Positions 55,049-62,868 of a stretch of 64,000 nucleotides of DNA are shown one piece after another. The first letter of the stretch is position 1, and each line of letters begins with the position of its first letter. The DNA is from an uncultured Bacillota bacterium (GTDB lineage: Bacteria; Bacillota_I; Bacilli_A; RFN20; CAG-826): assembly GCA_949289845.1 (NCBI GenBank), contig CASEPN010000003.1:11154-75153 (forward strand), read 5' to 3'. Below the pieces are notes generated by a model. It searched no databases, was not told the origin of the DNA, and saw only the letters and a list, made by a program, of their open reading frames with translations. A program made the position numbers and the translations under genes.

Positions 55049-56531
55049 GAAGCGCCCCGAGGAAATCCTCGAAGAAAGCGCCCCCGTCCTCCCCGAGGAG
55101 GGGAAGCCCGCCTCCTCTTCCGAGTGGGCCGCGCCCAGGGACCCGAAGGTCAGCTACCGCCCCGAGCTCGTCGAGAGCAGGACGATCCTTTCCGTCCGCC
55201 ACCTGAAGCAGTTCTTCGACATGGGGGGCGGCTTCAAGACGAAGGCCGTCCACGACATCTCCTTCGAGGTGAAGGAAGGGGAGTGCTTCGGCCTCGTCGG
55301 CGAGAGCGGCTGCGGGAAGACGACCACTGGCCGTTCCATCATCAACCTTTACGAGATCACCTCCGGCTCCATCTACTACAAGGGCGTCCGTATTTCCGCC
55401 GGCTCCCGCTGGAACGAGAAGGAGATCAAGTGGACGAGAATCCGCGTCAGAGAGAGGATCGCCTCCCTCAAGAAGGAGATGGTCCTCGCCCTCGCCCAGA
55501 GGAAGGGCGGGACCGACATCTCTGCCCTTGAGACCGAGCTCCAGCGCGAGCGGAAGGACATGGAGACGGAGCTTTCCGAGTTCGATCACACGGACGACAG
55601 GAACGCCGCCGCCATCCGCCAGAGCGAGCAGGAGCACGAGGCTCGCATCGACGAGTTGGAGCGCCGTATCGCCCTCCTCAAGGAATGTCGCGAGAAGGAC
55701 GAGGCTGAGATCCGCGCCGACTACGAGCGCCGCATCGATGAGCAGAAGGAGATCCTTCGCAAGACCCTCGAGGAGCAGAAGGCCCAGATCCGCCAGATCC
55801 GCTACGACAACGCCCACCGCGACCGGAAGCTCATGAACGAGATCCAGATGATCTTCCAGGACCCGGTCGATTCCCTCGACCCCCGCATGACGGTCGAGGA
55901 CATCATCCAGGAAGGACTCAAGATCCAGCATCTCCGCGACCGGGCGAAGAACCACCAGCGCTGCATCGAGATGCTCGAGAAGGTCGGGCTCATCCCGGAG
56001 TACGCCTCGCGCTACCCGCACGAGTTCTCCGGCGGCCAGCGCCAGAGGATCGGCATCGCCCGCGCCCTCATCATGAATCCGAAGCTCCTCATCTGCGACG
56101 AGCCGATCTCCGCGCTCGATGTCTCGATCCGCGCCCAGATCCTGAACCTACTCAACGACGTGAAGGAGGAGATGGGGCTGACGATGCTTTTCATCGCCCA
56201 CGACCTTTCCGTGGTGAAGTACTTCTGCGACAGGATCGCGGTCATGTACTTCGGCTCGATCGTCGAGCTTGCGACGAGCGACGAGCTCTTCCTCCATCCT
56301 CTCCATCCCTACACCAAGGCCCTCCTCTCCGCGATTCCGAAGCCGGACCCCCGGAGCGAGAAGAACCGGAAGAGGACCGTCTATAACCCCGCCGAGGCGC
56401 ATGACTACTCGCACGAGAAGCCGACCCTCACGGAAATCCGTCCCGGCCACTTCGTCCTCGCCAACAGCGAGGAGCTGGCGCGCTACCGCGCCGAGATCGC
56501 GGCAATCGATTCCGCGAAGAAGGGAGAGTGA
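55041..56531 (+). CDS. oppF: Oligopeptide ABC ATPase with a coiled-coil insertion of about 145 aa
   Basis: GESGCGKT, IFQDP, YPHEFSGGQRQR, DEPISALD, IAHD, HPYTKALL. Confidence 0.93.
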   Translation: MSEKRPEEILEESAPVLPEEGKPASSSEWAAPRDPKVSYRPELVESRTILSVRHLKQFFDMGGGFKTKAVHDISFEVKEGECFGLVGESGCGKTTTGRSIINLYEITSGSIYYKGVRISAGSRWNEKEIKWTRIRVRERIASLKKEMVLALAQRKGGTDISALETELQRERKDMETELSEFDHTDDRNAAAIRQSEQEHEARIDELERRIALLKECREKDEAEIRADYERRIDEQKEILRKTLEEQKAQIRQIRYDNAHRDRKLMNEIQMIFQDPVDSLDPRMTVEDIIQEGLKIQHLRDRAKNHQRCIEMLEKVGLIPEYASRYPHEFSGGQRQRIGIARALIMNPKLLICDEPISALDVSIRAQILNLLNDVKEEMGLTMLFIAHDLSVVKYFCDRIAVMYFGSIVELATSDELFLHPLHPYTKALLSAIPKPDPRSEKNRKRTVYNPAEAHDYSHEKPTLTEIRPGHFVLANSEELARYRAEIAAIDSAKKGE

Positions 56532-57241
56532 AGATGAAAGCGTTCCTCCGCTCAGCCCTCGTGAAGGCCAAGGGCCTTCTCACCATCACTCTGCCCGACG
56601 GCAGGAAGATGGAGCCGGGCTTCCGGCCCTCTTCGCTCCTTCCCCTCCTCGCTTCCTTGATCGCCTTCGTCTTCTTCGCCTTCGAGGGTGGGATCGGGGA
56701 GTTCGCCGTTGCATTCCCTATGGAGCTCCATGTCATGGAAGCCTTCATGGCGATCGTCGGTGTCCTCGGGATCCTCCTCTTCGTCGACCTTTGCTACCGC
56801 CCGAAGACTTCGCACATCCTCCTGGTCGCCCTTTCCGCGCTTTCCGTCTTCCTCTTCTCCCTCACCTTGACGATCGCCCTCTTCCTGAAGGGCGGGGATC
56901 CCACGGGAGCGATCCTCTATCTCATCTCTTCCGTCACTTCCCTCGCGGCCTTCCTCTTCGACATCCGCAAGGCGATCGAGGGGGACGTCGACTGGCGCTA
57001 CCGCCTCGCGAACGGGCTGAACCTCCTTTTCCTCTTCTTCGCCGTCTGTTTCACCTATCCGGTCCTCGAGATGTTCTCCCACTTCGACGACTGGGTGTTC
57101 TGGCTCTCCCTCTACGGCGGGATGACAATCCTCATCTTTTCCGCGGTCGTGCTGGCGATCTCCAGCTCGAGCGACTACGACCCGCACCCTGCGGAAATCG
57201 ACGAACTAGGGAACGTTATCGAGAATAACCCTGCAAAATGA
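56528..57241 (+). CDS. Hypothetical polytopic membrane protein (about 7 TM)
   Basis: GTGA overlap with oppF and ATGA overlap with the next gene; hydrophobic segments. Confidence 0.78.
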   Translation: MKMKAFLRSALVKAKGLLTITLPDGRKMEPGFRPSSLLPLLASLIAFVFFAFEGGIGEFAVAFPMELHVMEAFMAIVGVLGILLFVDLCYRPKTSHILLVALSALSVFLFSLTLTIALFLKGGDPTGAILYLISSVTSLAAFLFDIRKAIEGDVDWRYRLANGLNLLFLFFAVCFTYPVLEMFSHFDDWVFWLSLYGGMTILIFSAVVLAISSSSDYDPHPAEIDELGNVIENNPAK

Positions 57242-58851
57242 GACGCTTTATTTTGATTCTTGGGATAGCGGCAATCGCCATCCCCCTCTCTTCCTGCGAC
57301 TTCTTCAATCGGTTTTTCGAAATTTCCCGGGACGAGTCTTCCTCCAGCCACGAGATCGTGAACCCAGGGAGCAGTTCCCTCGGGGGAGGCTCTTCCGGGG
57401 ACGGGATCGAGAGGAAGGGGACGCGCTACACCTACGGGGACGTGCACCGGAACGCAGGCTACGGCTATGTCGTCGATACGCCCTCCGTCGGGAACGTCCG
57501 CCTTCTCGTCCTTCCGATCATCCAATCCGACTACCGTCTCTCCGCCGCGGAGGAAAGCAAGTACACGTCCGACATGGAGAAGGTTTTCTTCGGGGATTCC
57601 GAGGACACCTCCTGGGAGTCGGTGAGGAGCTTCTATGAGAAATCCTCCTACGGGAAGCTTTCCTTTTCCGGCGAGGTCATGCCCTGGTACGACTGCGGCC
57701 TTAGCTCGAGCGAGATCGCCAGGCTCAACCAGAGCGATGGCACCGCGGAAGGCGTGACCTTGGTCATCGAAAGCGCGATCGCCCATTGGGAGAAGGAAGG
57801 CATCCTCGACGCGAAGGACTTCGACGGGGACGGGGACGGCTACATCGACGCAATCTGGGCCGTCTACTCGGGCCCGAACTACACGAACGACCCCTGGGTC
57901 ACCTCCAACAACTGGGCCTTTACCTACTGGGCCTATGAGAACGAGCCGGGCAATCCTTCCGATCCCTTGCCCTACGCCTATTCCTGGGCTTCCTACGACT
58001 TCATGTACGAAGGGTATGGGGAGAACGGGGTCGACGGCCACACCTTCATCCATGAGACGGGGCATCTTCTCGGGCTTCCCGACTACTACGACTACAACAG
58101 CCGCTTCACGGTCTCCCCCGTCGGAGGCGTGGACATGATGGACAACAACGTCATCGACCATAACTCCTGGAGCAAGTTCGCCCTCGGGTGGACGGAGCCT
58201 TACGTCTACGAGGGCGGTGAGCACACGCTCACCCTCCGCCCCTTCTCCTCGAGCGGGGACGCGCTCATCCTCCCGACGGGGGACGGGTGGAACGGGTCGG
58301 CCTTCGACGAGTTCCTCATGCTCGAGTACTACGCGCCCGAGGGGCTCAACGAAAAGGACGCGCTCGACGGAAGCGCGAGCTACGTCCCGGCGATGCAAGG
58401 GAGCGGGATCCGCGTCTGGCACGTGGACGCGCGCCTCATGAGGGCGGAGCCTTCCCCGAACCCTTATGCACAGGAGAACGTCGTCACCTTCGTTGACGAC
58501 CTCCAGAGGGTAGATGGCTATAGCGAGGCCATCATTCAGTCCGTCGCCTTCTCGAACACCCCCGGCGGAAGCGACTACGAGAACTTCAGCGGGGAATCCA
58601 CCGACTTCCTCCAGCTGACCTTGATCGACAAGGCTGGGCGTTCCTTTGGGACGTCGAGCCTCGTCCAGGACAATCGTTCTCTCTTCCTTGAGGGCGATCT
58701 GATCGACGTCGCGAACGACCTCGGACTTTCCGACCAGTTCCCGAGAGGGCTCATGGGAGCGATGAACGACGGCTCCAGGCTCGCCCGGATCCCGGAGGTC
58801 GAGATCCTTTCCATCACTGAGGAAGGCGCCACCCTTTCCATCCGTCCCTAG
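57238..58851 (+). CDS. M6-family zinc metalloprotease lipoprotein
   Basis: Lipobox LSSC; RLLVLPI, SVRSFYEKSSYGKL, DGDGDGYIDA, HETGHLLGLPDYY, DMMDNN..DHN.WSK, EFLMLEYY.P. Confidence 0.92.
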   Translation: MRRFILILGIAAIAIPLSSCDFFNRFFEISRDESSSSHEIVNPGSSSLGGGSSGDGIERKGTRYTYGDVHRNAGYGYVVDTPSVGNVRLLVLPIIQSDYRLSAAEESKYTSDMEKVFFGDSEDTSWESVRSFYEKSSYGKLSFSGEVMPWYDCGLSSSEIARLNQSDGTAEGVTLVIESAIAHWEKEGILDAKDFDGDGDGYIDAIWAVYSGPNYTNDPWVTSNNWAFTYWAYENEPGNPSDPLPYAYSWASYDFMYEGYGENGVDGHTFIHETGHLLGLPDYYDYNSRFTVSPVGGVDMMDNNVIDHNSWSKFALGWTEPYVYEGGEHTLTLRPFSSSGDALILPTGDGWNGSAFDEFLMLEYYAPEGLNEKDALDGSASYVPAMQGSGIRVWHVDARLMRAEPSPNPYAQENVVTFVDDLQRVDGYSEAIIQSVAFSNTPGGSDYENFSGESTDFLQLTLIDKAGRSFGTSSLVQDNRSLFLEGDLIDVANDLGLSDQFPRGLMGAMNDGSRLARIPEVEILSITEEGATLSIRP

Positions 58852-58877
58852 GTTCAGATAAATAAGGAGACATTCCT

Positions 58878-59351
58878 ATGAAAAAGAAAAACATCGCATT
58901 GCCGCTTCTTGGATCGCTCGCCCTCCTCATGGCGGTCCTGGCCTACTTCTTCCTCCTGATGCCCGCGATGGAAGGGCCTCTCGGGGAGGCGTTCTTCGGC
59001 TATGACTTCGTGTTCGGGAACAGCGCGAGCCACCTGGCGAGCCAGACTCCCTTCGTCGTTCTCTTCGTCCTCCTGCTCGTCGGGACCCTTTTCCTCGCTC
59101 TTTCCCTCGCGATGAGCTTCGGGAACGGCGGGAAGCGCTTCGCCGGGTTCCTCTACCTCGTCTCCGCGGCCCTCCTTCTCGTCCCCGCGGTCCTATCCTT
59201 CCTCTGGTCCCCTCTTTCGGGATCTTTCCTCGGGGAAGTCCCGGTTTCCCTTTCCTACGGCTCCTTCGTCGTGGGCGGGGTCCTCGCGCTTGGCTTCCTT
59301 CTCTCCTTTGTCGCGGGCGTCCTGCCCTTCAAGGGAAAGAAGAGGAAGTAG
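58878..59351 (+). CDS. Hypothetical membrane protein (four TM)
   Basis: SD AAGGAG; four hydrophobic helices; basic tail. Confidence 0.78.
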   Translation: MKKKNIALPLLGSLALLMAVLAYFFLLMPAMEGPLGEAFFGYDFVFGNSASHLASQTPFVVLFVLLLVGTLFLALSLAMSFGNGGKRFAGFLYLVSAALLLVPAVLSFLWSPLSGSFLGEVPVSLSYGSFVVGGVLALGFLLSFVAGVLPFKGKKRK

Positions 59352-59365
59352 TTCCTTCCTTCAGG

Positions 59366-59393
59366 AAAGCGCGCCTAGGTGGGGCGCGCTTTT
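59366..59393 (+). terminator. Intrinsic terminator ending the opp-M6 transcript
   Basis: AAAGCGCGCC/GGCGCGCTTT stem. Confidence 0.72.
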
Positions 59394-59416
59394 CCTTTGC
59401 CCCCCTATAAGAGGGC

Positions 59417-59740
59417 ATGAGATACGAATGCCATGGCGACCGGGCGGGCCTCAGCGACCTGCTCATCTTCCTCTCGGGAGTGACGGGGGATTCCCTCCGC
59501 CTCCTCATCAGCAGCAGGGCGAAGGTCCATCTACCCATGATCGGCACGGCGGCCAAGGAAGGCTGGGACATGGCGGAGAACGGCCATCGGGAGGAGGCCG
59601 CGGACTACATCCTTTCCACCATGGAAAGCGAGGTCAGGCGCGCGGTGATGGAGGCGGAGAACATAAGGAGCACTCCTTTCTTCTCGTTCGAACATATTCG
59701 CGGAGAGGTGCTGAAAAGGCTGCCGGGACCAAGCGTTTGA
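59417..59740 (+). CDS. Hypothetical cytoplasmic protein (107 aa)
   Basis: Fills the gap between a terminator and the hsp20 promoter; TATAAG 5 nt before the ATG; host codon usage. Confidence 0.65.
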   Translation: MRYECHGDRAGLSDLLIFLSGVTGDSLRLLISSRAKVHLPMIGTAAKEGWDMAENGHREEAADYILSTMESEVRRAVMEAENIRSTPFFSFEHIRGEVLKRLPGPSV

Positions 59741-59756
59741 GTAACTGTCCAAGAAA

Positions 59757-59829
59757 TTAGCAGTAAGGTGTTGACACTGCTAAAAGGTGGGGTACACTAT
59801 GGCTAGCACCGGAAAGAAAGAGGTGCTAA
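59757..59829. promoter_or_regulatory. Tandem CIRCE-like operators around the hsp20 promoter
   Basis: TTAGCAGTA-N9-CACTGCTAA (59757-59783) and CTAGCACCG-N9-AGGTGCTAA (59803-59829); TTGACA(59771)-16-TACACT(59793). Confidence 0.85.
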
Positions 59830-59857
59830 AAAGTAAAGCAAAGGAGGAAATTGCCTT

Positions 59858-60289
59858 ATGAAATTCCAGCTTGCCAACGCCCACACGAACAACCTTCTCG
59901 ATCCGCTCCTCGACTTCTTCGCCCCGGACTTCTTCGAGGACGCCCCCTCTAACGACGGGGCCCTGGCGATGAGCACCGACGTCCATCTTGAGGACGGGAA
60001 CTACGTCATGGAGATGGAGCTGCCTGGCTTCCGGAAGGAGGACATCCGCGTCAGCTTCAAGGACGGCTATCTCACCATTAAGGCCACGAGGGAGGGCCCT
60101 GCGAAGGGAGACGGGAACAAGAACGTCGTCCGGCGCGAGCGCTTCTACGGCTCTGTCAGCAGGAGCTTCTACGTCGGCGACATCGACGAGACCAAGATCA
60201 AGGCTTCCTACCAGGACGGGATCCTGACCCTCTCCTTCCCGAGCGGAAGGAAGGAAGAGCCGAAGGACCACCTCATCGCGATCGAGTAA
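59858..60289 (+). CDS. Small heat-shock protein (Hsp20/alpha-crystallin)
   Basis: TDV.LEDGNYVMEMELPGFRKEDI, RRERFYGSVSRSFYVG, IKASYQDGILTL.FP; SD AAGGAGG. Confidence 0.95.
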   Translation: MKFQLANAHTNNLLDPLLDFFAPDFFEDAPSNDGALAMSTDVHLEDGNYVMEMELPGFRKEDIRVSFKDGYLTIKATREGPAKGDGNKNVVRRERFYGSVSRSFYVGDIDETKIKASYQDGILTLSFPSGRKEEPKDHLIAIE

Positions 60290-60302
60290 GGAGCCCTTCC
60301 GG

Positions 60303-60326
60303 GGGCGCCCAGAGGGGCGCCCTTTT
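60303..60326 (+). terminator. Intrinsic terminator after hsp20
   Basis: GGGCGCCC/GGGCGCCC stem followed by TTTT. Confidence 0.72.
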
Positions 60327-60400
60327 CTTATGTAGCGTCCCCAAGGATATCCGCCCTTCCGCGGGGTATAATCCGCCCGCTAGGAAAGGGACAGGAAGAC

Positions 60401-61597
60401 ATGCATATCAAGGAAATCACGAAGGATCTCTATTACGTCGGGGTGGTGGACCACTCCCTCAAGGTGTTCGACGTCGCCATCCTCACGGAGTATGGGACCT
60501 CCTATAACTCCTATCTCCTCAGAACGAAGGAAGGCTTCGTCCTCTTCGAGGGCAGCAAGGAAGCCTTCGGCGGGGAGCAGATCGCCCATATCGAGGAAGT
60601 TTGCCCTCTGGAGGAGATTCGCTATCTCTTCGTCACCCACACGGAGCCCGACCACTCGGGCGCAATCCACATGCTCCTTGAAAGGAACCCCGCCCTCACC
60701 GTCGTCGCGAGCGGTCCTGCTCTCATGAACCTCCAGAAGATCCTCCGGAAGCCCTTCGAGAAGGTCCAGATGACCCCGGGGAAGGACATGGAGATCGGCG
60801 GCTACACCTTCTCCTTCGTTCCTGGGACGAACCTCCATTGGCCGGACGTGATGTTCACCTACATCCATGAGCTGAAGGCCCTTGTCTCCTGCGATGCCTT
60901 CGGCGCCCACTTCGCAAGCGACGCGATCTTCCTTTCGAAGGAGCCGGACAAGGAAGGGTATTACAAGGCGCTCCGCTACTACTTCGAGAACATCATGGGG
61001 CCCTTCCCCGCCTTCGTCATCAAGGCGTGCGACCTCGTCGAGAAGCTCGACATCTCCCTCATCCTCCCGGGCCACGGCTGCATCATCGATGAGAATCCCA
61101 TGGAGCAGGTGAGGCTGTACCGGCGCCTTGCCGAGGAAGGCCTTCCCGTGAACGATGCGAATGTCGTCACCATCTGCGCGGCCTCGGCCTATGGGTACAC
61201 GAAGGAGATCGCCGAGAGGACCGCTAGGTTCCTTGAGGAGAACGGGAAAGAGGTTCACCTCCATATCATCGACGCCCTGAACTACCAGGAGGAGAAGCCG
61301 CTGGTCCTGAAGGACATCCTCCGTTCGGGAACCTTCCTCCTTGGCTCCCCGACCCTCGCGGGCGACGCGATCGTCCTCTTCTACGACATTCTGAACGGCC
61401 TTCCCTGGACCAAGGCGCAGGGGAAGACGGCTTCCGCGTTCGGCGACTACGGCTGGAGCGGCGAGGCGGTTCCGAACCTCATCGAGCGGATGAGGCAGCT
61501 TAAGTGCAAGGTGCTGCCCGGCTTCCGCGCGAACTTCAAGATGGACGATGCCCAGGAGGAAGAGTTCTCCCGCTGGCTGGCATCGCTTCTCGGCTAG
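60401..61597 (+). CDS. fprA: Flavodiiron protein (A-type flavoprotein; O2/NO reductase family)
   Basis: GTSYNSYL, THTEPDHSG, HWPD, CDAFG, LPGHG; flavodoxin domain (SAYGYT, LGSPT, FGDYGWSGE). TATAAT at 60367. Confidence 0.92.
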   Translation: MHIKEITKDLYYVGVVDHSLKVFDVAILTEYGTSYNSYLLRTKEGFVLFEGSKEAFGGEQIAHIEEVCPLEEIRYLFVTHTEPDHSGAIHMLLERNPALTVVASGPALMNLQKILRKPFEKVQMTPGKDMEIGGYTFSFVPGTNLHWPDVMFTYIHELKALVSCDAFGAHFASDAIFLSKEPDKEGYYKALRYYFENIMGPFPAFVIKACDLVEKLDISLILPGHGCIIDENPMEQVRLYRRLAEEGLPVNDANVVTICAASAYGYTKEIAERTARFLEENGKEVHLHIIDALNYQEEKPLVLKDILRSGTFLLGSPTLAGDAIVLFYDILNGLPWTKAQGKTASAFGDYGWSGEAVPNLIERMRQLKCKVLPGFRANFKMDDAQEEEFSRWLASLLG

Positions 61598-61610
61598 GAG
61601 GGACAAAGGG

Positions 61611-61635
61611 AAAGGAGGCTCGCGGCCTCCTTTTT
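61611..61635. terminator. Bidirectional terminator between fprA and the peptidase gene
   Basis: AAAGGAGGC/GCCTCCTTTTT. Confidence 0.75.
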
Positions 61636-62823
61636 CTATTCGACGGGGATTCGGACGATGTCTTCCTGCCTTCCCGCGACGATCCGCGGGACTCCGCCTT
61701 CGATGGCGACGTCCGTCTCAAGGCGCATCCCGAAGTCCGGCGCGTATATGCCGGGCTCGATGGAAAAGGACGTGCCGTCCATCAGGAGCCTGTCGTCATG
61801 CGTCTCGTAGTCGTCGAGGTTCGTGCCCTTCCCATGAGGGCCTTCGTCCCCGGCAATGGAGTGGCCGGTCCGGTGGGTGAAATGCTTCCCGTAGCCTGCG
61901 ATCTCGATATAGGAGCGGGCGACGATGTCCGCCTCATAGCCATGGATGGGCCGCGTCGGGTATTGCTCCTTGATGAAGCCGAAACAGAGGTCCGCGGCCT
62001 CGCGAAGGACCGCGAAACGTTTCCGATAGGCGTCGGCGGGATCCCTGCCTGCGTACGCCATCCATGTGATATCCGCGTAAATTGAGCCTTCTTTCTTAGA
62101 TTTCGCCCAGAGATCGATGAGGATCAGATCTCCCTTCCGGATGGATGAATGAGATTCCTCGCTGGGGGAGTAGTGGGGGCTTCTCGCGTTTTTCCCGATT
62201 GCGACGATCGGCGGCTCGTCGGTGACGTACCCTCTTTGTTCGAAGAGGTCCATGAGGAAGCGCTGGATGCGGAGCTCGTCGCTCTCCCCGTTCCTGCGGA
62301 TCTCTTCTCCGATGAGGGAGAAGGCCCTGTCCTTCGCTTCCAGAAGGAAGTCTGCCGCTTCCCTCTGGCTCCGGAATCCTTCCCCGTCGATATGGGAGAG
62401 AAGCGTTGAGACAAGGGAGGAGGCGCTTCTGATGTCCCTCCCCTCGTCGATGAGGAAGCGGACGGTCCCGTAGTCGGCCAGGGCGACCGGCATGAGGGAC
62501 CCTTTCTCGCTTATGTCCATGAGGATGGGACCCTCGACCTTCCCGGTCATCTTAAGAAGAAGGTCCTGCTGTTCCTTCCATGTCCGGTAGGAAACGATTT
62601 CCCCATCGATGCCGGAGGAGGAAAGGAGCGCCGCGTCGAGGGCCTGGGCGAGTATCCGGAGGCTTCCGTCCTTCCCGAAGAGGAAGAAGGACTTCCTCGT
62701 GAGGTTGAGATGCTTCTGGAGGTGGGGGAGGAGAGGATGCCTTCCCTCGTAGTCTACAAGAAGGTAGGCGCCCGCCCCGAGCGAAGCGATCCCTTCCTTC
62801 ATTTCCGCGCGCATGTCTTTCAT
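61636..62823 (-). CDS. M24 Xaa-Pro aminopeptidase family protein
   Basis: Metal ligands in LIDLW, YADITW, HRTGHSI, SIEPGIY, GMRLET. The start is reassigned to ATG 62823. Confidence 0.9.
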   Translation of the reverse strand: MKDMRAEMKEGIASLGAGAYLLVDYEGRHPLLPHLQKHLNLTRKSFFLFGKDGSLRILAQALDAALLSSSGIDGEIVSYRTWKEQQDLLLKMTGKVEGPILMDISEKGSLMPVALADYGTVRFLIDEGRDIRSASSLVSTLLSHIDGEGFRSQREAADFLLEAKDRAFSLIGEEIRRNGESDELRIQRFLMDLFEQRGYVTDEPPIVAIGKNARSPHYSPSEESHSSIRKGDLILIDLWAKSKKEGSIYADITWMAYAGRDPADAYRKRFAVLREAADLCFGFIKEQYPTRPIHGYEADIVARSYIEIAGYGKHFTHRTGHSIAGDEGPHGKGTNLDDYETHDDRLLMDGTSFSIEPGIYAPDFGMRLETDVAIEGGVPRIVAGRQEDIVRIPVE

Positions 62824-62868
62824 TGGCCTTCTTCCCGTGGAACGTGTCGTCTTTGGTAAGATTAGCCC

